DNA of 64,000 bases from contig CALJTV010000009.1 of the NCBI GenBank assembly GCA_937975645.1, positions 24,850-88,849 on the forward strand, in the 5' to 3' direction. How positions within the stretch are numbered: the stretch's first letter is position 1; each line of letters opens with the position of its first letter. The stretch is from an uncultured Dehalococcoidia bacterium (lineage in GTDB: Bacteria; Chloroflexota; Dehalococcoidia; GIF9; UBA5629). Position numbers and translations under genes: made by a program. Below are positions 10,558 to 19,920 of this stretch, one piece after another. The notes below the pieces were generated by a model. It was not told the origin of the DNA. It saw only the letters and a program-made list of their open reading frames with translations, and ran no database searches.

Positions 10558-10582
10558 ATAAATCATGTCAACCATGATTATA
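10558..10582. promoter_or_regulatory. inverted repeat in the hspR/hypF divergent promoter region (candidate operator)
   Basis: ATAAATCATG-tcaac-CATGATTATA has 7-bp perfect arms and 5-bp spacer, and sits in an AT-rich divergent intergenic region. It does not match the canonical HAIR or CIRCE consensus. Confidence 0.3.
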
Positions 10583-10693
10583 TAGTCTGTAGATTTTTGC
10601 TTTGCAACAGGGGGAACATGCTTTGGTCTCGGGTGTTAGCGGGTGATTGCTGTGCTTGCTCAGGGAGATACATTAAAGTAAAATTCGTATGCT

Positions 10694-13006
10694 ATGGTTC
10701 GGGCAAAGAAACTGGAGTCAGCTAGGATCAGTGCTCGCGGTGTCGTTCAAGGTGTTGGTTTCAGACCTTTTGTATATCAGCTAGCGACTAAATACAATTT
10801 GAAGGGATGGGTCTGCAACACCTCGGAGGATGTGAGCATAGAAATTCAGGGAGAGCGCAGTCGGTTGGAGCAGTTTGTTGCTGAACTTCAAAACAATGCT
10901 CCACCGTTAGCGCGTATAGAGGAGGTGGTGGTGACCTATCGTCCCTGTGACGATTGCACCTATACAACGTTTGAAATACGACAAAGCATTGCTCAGGAGG
11001 GCAAGTACCAGCTTGTTTCGCCTGATATTGCGACTTGTGATGCTTGTTTGCGGGAAGTCTTTGACCCAGAGGACAGACGTTATCGCTATCCATTCACCAA
11101 TTGCACCAATTGTGGTCCGCGTTTTACTATCATAGAAGACATCCCTTATGACCGTCCTAAGACAACCATGCGGGCCTTCCGGATGTGCCCTGATTGTGAG
11201 GCTGAATACCATGACCCTCTAGACCGCCGCTTTCACGCGCAGCCCAACGCCTGTCCTAAGTGCGGACCGAGGCTCGAGCTGCTCGATGGTTGTGGCGAGA
11301 CTGTTGAGGTGACTGATGTGATCTCCGAAGCTTGTAAGCTATTGCTTGCAGGCAAAATCGTGGCGGTGAAGGGTCTTGGCGGGTTTTTGCTGGCTTGTGA
11401 TGCCACCAATGAGCAGGCAGTGGAGCTGCTTCGCCGTAGAAAGAGGCGACCTTTTAAACCTTTCGCGGTGATGGTCGCCAGTGTGGAAGAGGCAAAAAAG
11501 CACTGCTATGTATCCGAAGCCGAGGAGAAAATACTCGTGTCACCCCAGTCGCCTATAGTCTTGATGTGGTGGAAGCCAGAGTCGACCATTTGTCATGCTG
11601 TGGCACCGGACTTGAAATATCTGGGGGTAATGCTCCCTTACACTCCTTTGCACCATCTTCTGATGCGGCAGGTGAGGGTGCCTCTGGTGATGACTAGCGG
11701 CAATATCAGCGAGGAGCCAATAGCCAAGGACAACGATGAGGCTTTAAGGCGGCTTTCCGGGATTGCCGATTATTTTGTGACGCATGACCGGGACATCTAT
11801 GCCAGGTATGATGATAGTGTGGTTATTGTTGAAAGGGGGCAGTTTCAATTGTGCCGCCGGGCACGTGGTTATGCCCCCTATCCTATCCACCTCAAGTTCC
11901 GTGCTAGGCAAGTGCTTGGTTGTGGGGCAGAGGAGAAAAATACCTTCTGCCTGATCAAGGACAATTATGCTTTTGTCAGCCAGCATATCGGTGATATGGA
12001 AAACCTGGAGACCTTAGAACATTTTGAAAGCACGCTGAATCTTTATAAAAAATTGTTTCGTGTTCAACCGGAGGTGGTAGCTTATGACCTCCACCCTGAG
12101 TATCTTCCTACCAAGTATGCCATTGAACTTGGTTCAAAGGAAAAGGGTATTACGCTGGTTCCGGTGCAACACCATCACGCACATATAGTTAGCTGCATGG
12201 TAGACAATGGGTTTGACGAACCAGTCATAGGCGTTGCCTTTGATGGTACAGGGTATGGCAGCGATGGTTATATCTGGGGTGGGGAATTCTTGATAGTGGA
12301 CTACAGAAAATCACAGAGAGTGGGACATCTGGAGTATTTGCCTTTACCTGGTGGGGCAACAGCCATAAAGCGTCCTTATCGCGTCGCCATTGGTTATGCC
12401 ATTAAGCTGCTGGGCGAGGAAGCTCTCGCTGGGTTAGAGATATTGGAGCGGGTTGATCCGGTTGAGGTGGATGTCATCAGACATCAGATTAAGAGCGGAT
12501 TTAATTCCCCGCTAACTTCCAGCATGGGGCGCCTTTTTGACGCGGTTTCTGCCCTTCTAGGGGTCAGAAGCACTGTCGATTACGAGGGACAGGCAGCGGT
12601 TGAGTTAGAGATGGTAGCTTATGATGCTGACAGCCGGTTCAGCAAGGGCTGTTATCCGTTCTCCATAGTTGCGCGGGACGGTATTAATGTGGTCTATCTG
12701 AGTGAGCTTTTTGCGGGGATAGTCGCAGACTTGTATAATAAGCTGGATGTACCGACGATTTCGGCAAAATTTCATACCACCGTGGCAAGGTTAATTTTGG
12801 AAATGTGTCAGCTTATCAGGGAACAGACAGGGATAAAGCATGTGGTGCTGAGCGGCGGGGTTTTTCAAAACCGTTTGCTGCTCAGGAAAGTCATACCTTT
12901 GCTGGAAGGTTTCGGCTTTTCGGTATTGACTCACAGGCAAGTACCTTGCAATGACGGTGGGATTTCGCTGGGTCAAGCGGTGGTAGCTAATTTTAGCGCT
13001 AGTTGA
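10694..13006 (+). CDS. hypF: [NiFe] hydrogenase maturation carbamoyltransferase HypF
   Basis: 770 aa containing an acylphosphatase domain (VQGVGFRPFVY), two Zn-finger CxxC pairs, a YrdC domain and a Kae1-like domain. Confidence 0.95.
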   Translation: MVRAKKLESARISARGVVQGVGFRPFVYQLATKYNLKGWVCNTSEDVSIEIQGERSRLEQFVAELQNNAPPLARIEEVVVTYRPCDDCTYTTFEIRQSIAQEGKYQLVSPDIATCDACLREVFDPEDRRYRYPFTNCTNCGPRFTIIEDIPYDRPKTTMRAFRMCPDCEAEYHDPLDRRFHAQPNACPKCGPRLELLDGCGETVEVTDVISEACKLLLAGKIVAVKGLGGFLLACDATNEQAVELLRRRKRRPFKPFAVMVASVEEAKKHCYVSEAEEKILVSPQSPIVLMWWKPESTICHAVAPDLKYLGVMLPYTPLHHLLMRQVRVPLVMTSGNISEEPIAKDNDEALRRLSGIADYFVTHDRDIYARYDDSVVIVERGQFQLCRRARGYAPYPIHLKFRARQVLGCGAEEKNTFCLIKDNYAFVSQHIGDMENLETLEHFESTLNLYKKLFRVQPEVVAYDLHPEYLPTKYAIELGSKEKGITLVPVQHHHAHIVSCMVDNGFDEPVIGVAFDGTGYGSDGYIWGGEFLIVDYRKSQRVGHLEYLPLPGGATAIKRPYRVAIGYAIKLLGEEALAGLEILERVDPVEVDVIRHQIKSGFNSPLTSSMGRLFDAVSALLGVRSTVDYEGQAAVELEMVAYDADSRFSKGCYPFSIVARDGINVVYLSELFAGIVADLYNKLDVPTISAKFHTTVARLILEMCQLIREQTGIKHVVLSGGVFQNRLLLRKVIPLLEGFGFSVLTHRQVPCNDGGISLGQAVVANFSAS

Positions 13007-13019
13007 CAGGAGAAAAACT

Positions 13020-13274
13020 ATGTGTCTAGCAGTGCCTGTACAAGTTATCGGGGTTTATGGTGACGAAGCTGAAGTTGATATCGGTGGTGTGAGGCGGCGT
13101 GTAAGCATTGTGTTGACACCTGAAGTACAGGTGGGCGACTATGTACTGCTTCACACCGGTTATGCTATAAACGTCATTGATGAAGCCGAGGCACAGGAAA
13201 CGTTGCAGATCCTTGCGGAGATGGCGCAAGTGGATGGGGAACTTCCCGATAACGTGTCGGGAAGCAGGAACTGA
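13020..13274 (+). CDS. hypC: hydrogenase assembly chaperone HypC
   Basis: Begins MCLAVPVQVIG... with the conserved N-terminal MC(L/I)A(V/I)P motif. Confidence 0.85.
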   Translation: MCLAVPVQVIGVYGDEAEVDIGGVRRRVSIVLTPEVQVGDYVLLHTGYAINVIDEAEAQETLQILAEMAQVDGELPDNVSGSRN

Positions 13275-13299
13275 GAACAAGTGTCGTAATGTCGCGCCG

Positions 13300-13983
13300 A
13301 TGTTTTTTGCTCTCTTGATTACTCTTTTACTTGTTGGTTGTATTTCTCCAGCGACGTTTTTAGGTGGTGCTGACGTTGCAGACCATGGGAGTGGAACCGA
13401 TCTTGGCTTTGTGTGTGAAGAGGTCTTGCAACACCTGAAGGCGGCCAAGCAAATAGTCTCCCAGATAAGTAGCTTTACCTGGGCAGAGTTTACCACTTTA
13501 GGTGTCGTTCTGCCTCCACCGGGGGTGTGTGCTACCGGGACGACCTATCTTGCAGAGAAGAATTCTGTACCCATCGGGCTTGGTTGGATGCCGCTTACAG
13601 ACAAACTGTCTTTCCGGGCTACTGCCGATAACCTTGCGGTTGTTTGTGACAATTGTCTTTCCCTAGCTGGAAAGGTGTGCTTAGCTGATAAAGGGCTGCC
13701 TCTAGATGAGAGGCAAGAGCTGTGGTACCAGCTAGATTCGGCACTAACTGGTGCTGTGTATCTTGTTTCAGCTCACAAAGATGTTGTAGCGCACCAGGTC
13801 GTTCCGGAAACGGAGTCCCAGTTTGGGCGCTCTAGCGATGATATCAGAAAGAAATATGGTTATAAATTCAAGGCTTGGTGTGATCAGTACTTTATTTTAC
13901 TCGATGGTCTTCAGTATCACCTTGAGAAAGCAAAACAAACAGCTTCAATCATGAGTAGGGAACAAGATGAAGTTTATCGATGA
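13300..13983 (+). CDS. hypothetical cysteine-rich lipoprotein embedded between hypC and hypD
   Basis: Taken from the frame of ORF 13177..13983, with the start chosen at MFFALLITLLLVGC (signal peptide and lipobox). No recognisable domain. It contains 8 Cys. Its 3' end overlaps the hypD start by 17 nt. The RBS is weak, so the exact start is uncertain. Confidence 0.55.
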   Translation: MFFALLITLLLVGCISPATFLGGADVADHGSGTDLGFVCEEVLQHLKAAKQIVSQISSFTWAEFTTLGVVLPPPGVCATGTTYLAEKNSVPIGLGWMPLTDKLSFRATADNLAVVCDNCLSLAGKVCLADKGLPLDERQELWYQLDSALTGAVYLVSAHKDVVAHQVVPETESQFGRSSDDIRKKYGYKFKAWCDQYFILLDGLQYHLEKAKQTASIMSREQDEVYR

Positions 13984-15049
13984 GTTCCGGAATGTCGATC
14001 TGGGCAAGGGTATAATCGCCAAGATCCACAAGTTGTCTACCAGGCCAGTGGCACTGATGGAATTTTGTGGTGGACATACGGTGTCTATTATGAGGAATGG
14101 GATACGGCAATTGTTACCGCCCGCAGTCCGGCTGCTTTCCGGTCCTGGATGTCCAGTATGTGTTACCGCTAATGTAGATATAGACACCGCGATTGCTTTG
14201 GCTGGCTTGCCCGATGTAATAATTACCACCTTTGGAGATATGTTGAAAGTGCCTGGGAGCTACTCTAGTCTGCAGAAAGCCAGAGCCGATGGCGCAGACA
14301 TAAGGGTTGTCTATTCTACTCAGGATGCTCTGCAGATTGCTCGGGCAAACCCGGCGCATAAAGTTGTCTTTATCGGCATCGGGTTTGAGACCACGGCGCC
14401 GACGATCGCTGCTGCGGTGCTTCAGGCTAAAACTGAGGGGATAAGAAACTTTTATGTCCTCTGCCTGTTGAAATTGTGTCCGCCGGTTATGAAGGCATTG
14501 CTCGATTTAGGTGAGATCAAGCTAGACGGCATAATTTGTCCCGGACACGTGAGCGCTATTATCGGTTCCAAGCCTTACGAGTTCATCCCTAAAGAGTATG
14601 GCGTTGCCTGTGTGGTCTCCGGATTTGAACCGCTTGACATATTACTTTCCGTAGCTATGCTAGTAAATCAGATAGAGATGGGAAAGCCCTGTGTGGAGAT
14701 AGCTTACCGTCGTGGGGTCAAACCGGGAGGTAATGTGAGGGCTTTGCAGCTTATCGATACTGTATTCGAAGTTAGCGAGGCTGACTGGCGTGGCATCGGG
14801 AGCGTTCCACTCAGCGGCTTAAAATTTAGGAAGGAGTTTGAGCAATTCGATGCGCGTTCGCAGTTTACGGTCAGTATCCCGCCTGTTAGGGAAGCAAGAG
14901 GGTGTCTATGTGGTGCCATCTTGCGTGGGGTGAACACGCCAGTCGATTGCGCTCTATTTCGTGAAGTGTGCACGCCTGAAAGCCCTGTTGGTCCGTGTAT
15001 GGTGTCGTCAGAAGGTGCGTGTGCCGCCTACTATCAGTACGGGGTGTGA
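13967..15049 (+). CDS. hypD: hydrogenase maturation Fe-S protein HypD
   Basis: Begins MKFIDEFRN... and contains the CGGHT, GPGCPVCV and C-terminal FCxxC motifs. Confidence 0.9.
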   Translation: MKFIDEFRNVDLGKGIIAKIHKLSTRPVALMEFCGGHTVSIMRNGIRQLLPPAVRLLSGPGCPVCVTANVDIDTAIALAGLPDVIITTFGDMLKVPGSYSSLQKARADGADIRVVYSTQDALQIARANPAHKVVFIGIGFETTAPTIAAAVLQAKTEGIRNFYVLCLLKLCPPVMKALLDLGEIKLDGIICPGHVSAIIGSKPYEFIPKEYGVACVVSGFEPLDILLSVAMLVNQIEMGKPCVEIAYRRGVKPGGNVRALQLIDTVFEVSEADWRGIGSVPLSGLKFRKEFEQFDARSQFTVSIPPVREARGCLCGAILRGVNTPVDCALFREVCTPESPVGPCMVSSEGACAAYYQYGV

Positions 15050-15050
15050 T

Positions 15051-16067
15051 ATGAGAGACAGAAACAGGACTATTCTTCTTGCTCACGGCAGTGGAAGCAA
15101 AATCAGCCACGAACTTATAGAGAAAAAACTCGTACCACCTTTAGCCAATCCGATACTCTGCCGGCTTGATGATTCTGCTGTTTTTGAACTTAATGGTTCC
15201 CGTTTTGCTTTTACTACTGATAGCTATGTTGTGAGTCCTATTTTCTTTCCTGGCGGTGACATCGGTCGGCTGGCAGTCTGTGGCACTGTAAACGATTTAG
15301 CTATGAACGGTGCGAGTCCGTTATATCTCAGCCTGTCTTTTATTATCGAGGAGGGGCTTAGCTTTGAGGAGCTTGAACGGGTGCTCGATTCTATCAGAGA
15401 TGCTGCTGTGGAGGCAGGGGTAAGCATAATCACTGGCGATACTAAGGTGGTGAACAGAGGGACTGCCGACAAGTTGTTTATCAACACCTCGGGCATAGGT
15501 GCAGTGATGGATGGGGGGAATATTTCCGGTGCCAATGCCCAAGTCGGGGACAAGATAATTCTTAGCGGGTCTATTGGTGACCATGGTATTGCCGTGATGA
15601 GCCAGCGCGAAGGATTGAGGTTCTCTGTGCCTGTCCAAAGCGATTGCGCTCCATTAAATAAAATGGTAGCAGGAATGCTTGCTGTCTCATCGAAGATACA
15701 CTGTCTCCGCGATCCCACTCGTGGAGGACTTGCTACCACACTTAATGAAATAGCCCAGCAGTCCGACGTTGGCATAAAGATAGAAGAGGAGAAGATAGTT
15801 GTTCATGATGGCGTAAGAGCAGCCTGCGAACTACTTGGTTTCGACCCTCTTTATGTTGCTAACGAGGGTAAGCTGGTCGCCTTTGTTGCTCCCGAGGATG
15901 CAGAGAAGGTTCTGGAGAAGATACGGCAAGACCGCTATGGAGGTGAGGCTGCTATTATTGGGGAGGTGACTGGGGACCATAGGGGCAAGGTGGTGATGAA
16001 GACCAGACTGGGTGCCTCACGTATTGTGGACATGCTCGCTGGGGAGCTCTTGCCCAGAATTTGCTAG
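15051..16067 (+). CDS. hypE: hydrogenase maturation protein HypE (carbamoyl dehydratase)
   Basis: AIR-synthase-like fold ending in the conserved C-terminal PRIC. Start is the ATG at 15051, 1 nt after the hypD stop. Confidence 0.9.
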   Translation: MRDRNRTILLAHGSGSKISHELIEKKLVPPLANPILCRLDDSAVFELNGSRFAFTTDSYVVSPIFFPGGDIGRLAVCGTVNDLAMNGASPLYLSLSFIIEEGLSFEELERVLDSIRDAAVEAGVSIITGDTKVVNRGTADKLFINTSGIGAVMDGGNISGANAQVGDKIILSGSIGDHGIAVMSQREGLRFSVPVQSDCAPLNKMVAGMLAVSSKIHCLRDPTRGGLATTLNEIAQQSDVGIKIEEEKIVVHDGVRAACELLGFDPLYVANEGKLVAFVAPEDAEKVLEKIRQDRYGGEAAIIGEVTGDHRGKVVMKTRLGASRIVDMLAGELLPRIC

Positions 16068-16231
16068 ACTGTCATTTTTTGATACGCAGCTAGTTCGTTT
16101 CTCGGTAGTTGTTGGAGCGGTCATCAACTGTGCCGAGTTGTCCATCTCCGACTATGGTGTTTGCAGTAGCGCCTATAAATGGGTAAAATATGGGCTTGGC
16201 AATCTTGCCTTGTTAAGAGAAAGGAGGCTCC

Positions 16232-17122
16232 ATGGCTAAAGTTAAGGTTCAGGAAGTCCCTGTGGTGTGGATACAAACTGGCAGTTGTACTGGTTGTTCA
16301 GTTTCAGTCTTGAACTCTGTTAGCCCCAGCATCAAAAACGTGCTTATTGACGAAGTTGTTCCCGGAACACATATCAGTCTCAGGTTTCAGGCAACTGTAA
16401 TGGCAGGCCAGGGAGAAGCTGTGCTTAAAGTTCTTGAAGGTACACCGAAGAAGGACAGGGATGGCTATCTTTTGGTGGTTGAGGGTGCTATACCTACAAA
16501 GGACGGCGGGATCTATGGCACTCTAGGGGAGAGAGATGGCAAACCTTTACCGATGGTGGTATGGGTCGAAGAGTTAGTCAAGAATGCTGTGGCGATAGTT
16601 GCTCTAGGCACGTGTGCTGCGTTCGGTGGTATAGCTGCCGGTAGCCCTAATCCCGGTGGCTATTCTGGTGTCGATAGTCTTTTGAAGGAGCGAAGAATCA
16701 ATAAACCACTGATAAACGTGCCAGGCTGTCCGCCTCACCCTGACTGGTTTGTAGGCACCATAGCTGCGATACTGCTCCAAGGTTTGCCTAAACCAGAAGA
16801 CTTGGACGAGTTCAAGCGCCCTAAGGCTTTCTATGGGAAGTTGATCCACGAAAATTGTCCGCGGCGGGCTTATTTTGACGAGGGAAAATTTGCCAGAAAG
16901 TTCGGTGAGCCGGGGTGCCTTAATGAACTTGGTTGTAAGGGGCCAGTGACCTATGCCGATTGTCCTCTCAGACTGTGGAATCACGGGACCAACTGGTGTA
17001 TCGGTGCCGGATCGCCTTGCATTGGCTGCTGTGAACCGGGATTCCCGGACCTGATGGCACCGTTCTATCAGAAACTTACTGATGCCGCATTACCTGCCAT
17101 AGGTGTGGAGCAGAAGAAGTAG
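16232..17122 (+). CDS. [NiFe] hydrogenase small subunit, no Tat signal (cytoplasmic uptake-type)
   Basis: MAKVKVQEVPVVWIQTGSCTGCSVS corresponds to the mature N-terminus of small subunits, with no RRxFxK twin-arginine leader. The C-terminal region carries ligands for medial and distal clusters (CPRRAYFDEG...CIGCCEP). Confidence 0.85.
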   Translation: MAKVKVQEVPVVWIQTGSCTGCSVSVLNSVSPSIKNVLIDEVVPGTHISLRFQATVMAGQGEAVLKVLEGTPKKDRDGYLLVVEGAIPTKDGGIYGTLGERDGKPLPMVVWVEELVKNAVAIVALGTCAAFGGIAAGSPNPGGYSGVDSLLKERRINKPLINVPGCPPHPDWFVGTIAAILLQGLPKPEDLDEFKRPKAFYGKLIHENCPRRAYFDEGKFARKFGEPGCLNELGCKGPVTYADCPLRLWNHGTNWCIGAGSPCIGCCEPGFPDLMAPFYQKLTDAALPAIGVEQKK

Positions 17123-17153
17123 CACATTTGAGAAAGATGCAGGAGGGTTAGAA

Positions 17154-18713
17154 TTGAGCAAGATTACAGTAGATCCGGTCACTCGTATTGAAGGGCATCT
17201 TAAAATAGAGGTTGTTGTGGAGAAAGGCGTGGTCAAGGACGCTTATAGTTCGGGGATGATGTTTCGTGGCATTGAGCTGATTTTGCGAGGAAGAGACCCT
17301 CGTGATGCTCAGAGGTATACTCAGCGAATTTGCGGAGTCTGTCCTACCAGCCACTCCATAGCAGCTGCGTTGAACCTAGACAGTGCTTTTGGTCTCGCTG
17401 ACAAGATACCTGACAACGGGCGTATTGTGCGCAATCTCATTCTCGGAGCAGCCCACATTGCTGACCATATCTTGCACTTCTATCATCTGGCTGCGCTCGA
17501 CTATGTCGATGTGACCAAGGTGGCTAAGTACGATGGTAATGACCCTGCGCTCAACTCGGTAAAGCGGTTTATTGAGCGTGGGGAGCTGGCACCGTTTGTA
17601 CCTCGATATGAGGGAGACTATCGCCTGAGCGACAAGATGAACATAGAGGCTACAGCTCACTATGTGAAGGCGCTGGAGATGAGACGCAAAGCTCAGGAGA
17701 TGCTAACTATTTTTGGGGGCAAGATGCCTCACAATATGGCTGTGGTTCCCGGTGGTGTTACCGAAATTGTTACTGTAGACAAGATAGCCTCTTTCTTATG
17801 GAGGCTCAATGAGCTCAGGGAATTTATCGATAACGTCTATATACCTGATGTTCTTGCTGTAGCCGAGGCTTATTCTGACTACTTTGAGATCGGTACAGGG
17901 TGTGGTAACCTGCTCTCTTATGGGCTGTGGGATCTGGAGGGAAATAACCCCGATTACACCAAACGGAAGAGGTTGATCAAGCAGGGTACGGTATCTATGG
18001 ATCTAAAGGTGGGCAGTCTGGATCCCAATAAGATCGCCGAGTATGTGAAGTACTCGTGGTATGCAGATTCAAGCACAGGGAAGCATCCCACTCAAGGTGT
18101 GACCGACCCGCAGTATGGTAAAAAGGGAGCCTATTCTTGGGTAAAAGCACCGCGGTACGATGGCAAAGTTTATGAGGTAGGACCGCTGGCTGGCATAGCT
18201 GTTACCTATGCAAGCGGCGAGCCAGCAGTAAAGAACCTCGTTGATTCTGTGCTGTCGAAATTTAAAGCGAGCCCGAAGGCGCTATTTTCAGTGCTGGGCA
18301 GGCATGCCGCCCGCGCCTTGATAACTAAATACGTTGCTGATAGTATGCCCGAGTGGCTGCTTCAGCTTAAACCTGGTGAGCCAGCTTATATAGACTATCA
18401 GATACCCGATCAGGCTCTTGGTATGGGGCTCACAGATGCTGCTAGGGGTGCTCTGGGGCATTGGGTGGAGATAAAAGATAAGAAAATTGCCAACTACCAG
18501 TGTGTGGTGCCCAGCACATGGAACATGAGCCCGAGGGATGACCGGGACCAGCCCGGTCCTGTGGAGCAGGCTCTCATTGGCACCAAGATAAAGGACGAAA
18601 AAAATCCGTTTGAAATAGGGCGCATTGTGCGCTCTTTCGATCCCTGCTTAGCTTGCGCTATCCATTTGATTAGACCGAAGGGGGAAATTGTTGGGACGTT
18701 CAGGACCGGTTAG
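17154..18713 (+). CDS. [NiFe] hydrogenase large subunit
   Basis: Contains the L1 motif RICGVCPTSH and the C-terminal L2 motif DPCLACAIH followed by a short extension (protease-processed). The TTG start at 17154 is 6 nt after the AGGAGGG RBS. Confidence 0.9.
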   Translation: MSKITVDPVTRIEGHLKIEVVVEKGVVKDAYSSGMMFRGIELILRGRDPRDAQRYTQRICGVCPTSHSIAAALNLDSAFGLADKIPDNGRIVRNLILGAAHIADHILHFYHLAALDYVDVTKVAKYDGNDPALNSVKRFIERGELAPFVPRYEGDYRLSDKMNIEATAHYVKALEMRRKAQEMLTIFGGKMPHNMAVVPGGVTEIVTVDKIASFLWRLNELREFIDNVYIPDVLAVAEAYSDYFEIGTGCGNLLSYGLWDLEGNNPDYTKRKRLIKQGTVSMDLKVGSLDPNKIAEYVKYSWYADSSTGKHPTQGVTDPQYGKKGAYSWVKAPRYDGKVYEVGPLAGIAVTYASGEPAVKNLVDSVLSKFKASPKALFSVLGRHAARALITKYVADSMPEWLLQLKPGEPAYIDYQIPDQALGMGLTDAARGALGHWVEIKDKKIANYQCVVPSTWNMSPRDDRDQPGPVEQALIGTKIKDEKNPFEIGRIVRSFDPCLACAIHLIRPKGEIVGTFRTG

Positions 18714-19215
18714 TAACAACGAAGGTTTTGCCCGTTGTCCAGAGATCGCCGTGGTTGGCGTCGGTAATGTACTGTTGAGCGACGATGGCGCAGGTGTACA
18801 TTTAGTCCACAGACTAGCTGAAAGGATCGACGATAGCGATGTTGCCATTGTCGATGCTGGCACTGTACCCGAGCTGTTTTTGCTAGCAGATGAGAGGATT
18901 AAGAAATTGATTTTTGTTGACGCTGCTAGGGGAGGGGGACTACCTGGCTCCATATATCGTTTCACTTTGGACGATCTTGAGGCGTCATCTGGGCTACCGG
19001 TTTCGTTGCATGACCTCACTTTGTTGGATAATCTGAGGTTATCGGAGCTTTTGGGTAGGAGACCGGAGTCTGTAATTATCATAGGTATAGAGCCGGCGAC
19101 TACCGATTTTGGTATACAGCTTTCTCTCGAGGTTGAGGAGGCATTGCCTAAAGCAATAGAGTTGGTGCTCAAGGAGATCGAAGAGTTTTCAAAACAGTCT
19201 ACGGAGGTAAAGTGA
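18688..19215 (+). CDS. hydrogenase maturation endopeptidase (HyaD/HybD/HupD family)
   Basis: Contains IAVVGVGNVLLSDDGAGVHLV, the conserved block of the hydrogenase C-terminal proteases. It overlaps the large-subunit gene. The exact start is uncertain. Confidence 0.8.
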   Translation: MLGRSGPVSNNEGFARCPEIAVVGVGNVLLSDDGAGVHLVHRLAERIDDSDVAIVDAGTVPELFLLADERIKKLIFVDAARGGGLPGSIYRFTLDDLEASSGLPVSLHDLTLLDNLRLSELLGRRPESVIIIGIEPATTDFGIQLSLEVEEALPKAIELVLKEIEEFSKQSTEVK

Positions 19216-19216
19216 C

Positions 19217-19900
19217 ATGATAGTGTCTCAGTTAAAGCCGCTACAGGAGATCCTTGGCTATTTGAATGGGGAAAGAAGCGTTTTCATAGTGGGTTGCAAG
19301 GGGTGTGCTGAAGTATGCCATACGGGCGATGAGGCACAAGTATTGGACATGAAGCAAAAGCTAGAACAGGAGGGTAAGGCCGTCACTGGGTATTGTGTGA
19401 TCGACTTTCTCTGTGACAAAGCGCTGGTAAAGATGCGGTTAATGGCTCACCAAAGCGAGATACAGGCTGCGGACTCTCTGTTAGTTATGACTTGTGGGAT
19501 TGGGGTACAGGCTGTAGCTGCAGTGGTCAATAAGCTAGTTCACCCAGCGGCCAACACTATCAATATGGGGGGGAGTAGGGGTGAGTGGCGTGGTGCCGAA
19601 CGTTGTCGTGAATGTGGTGATTGTGTTCTGGATATGACTGCTGGTATATGTCCTTTGACTGCATGTACTAAGGGGCTGCTAAACGGGCCGTGTGGCGGTG
19701 CCAAAGATGGCAGGTGCGAGGTCGAACCGGAGGTCAGGGAATGTGGCTGGCACCTTATTTATGAGAGACTGAATAAGCTTGGCAGACTGGACAAAATGAC
19801 CGGTCGCCCGGTGCTGAAAGACTACAGGAAAATGATGCCGCCAAAAGAACTGAGGTCGACGTTAATGTGGGCGCTGGAACAGCAGGAGACCAAAGTCTAG
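19217..19900 (+). CDS. metV: methylene-THF reductase small, Cys-rich subunit (MetV-like, MTHFR C-terminal-like domain)
   Basis: Cys clusters (CKGCAEVCH; CRECGDCV...CPLTACTKGLLNGPCGG) resemble acetogen MetV. It is directly followed by metF and starts 2 nt after the hydrogenase protease stop. Confidence 0.7.
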   Translation: MIVSQLKPLQEILGYLNGERSVFIVGCKGCAEVCHTGDEAQVLDMKQKLEQEGKAVTGYCVIDFLCDKALVKMRLMAHQSEIQAADSLLVMTCGIGVQAVAAVVNKLVHPAANTINMGGSRGEWRGAERCRECGDCVLDMTAGICPLTACTKGLLNGPCGGAKDGRCEVEPEVRECGWHLIYERLNKLGRLDKMTGRPVLKDYRKMMPPKELRSTLMWALEQQETKV

Positions 19901-19920
19901 CAACCTGTTAAAGGAGGTAA

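Noticed and set aside
13026-13496. Minus-strand 156-aa ORF overlapping hypC and the inserted lipoprotein gene.
   Set aside because: It is antisense to hypC, whose MCLAVP motif is unmistakable. Its translation is low-complexity, so it is likely spurious.
15224-15775. Minus-strand ORFs inside hypE (15224..15775, 15321..15638).
   Set aside because: They are antisense to a conserved AIR-synthase-fold gene. They are spurious.
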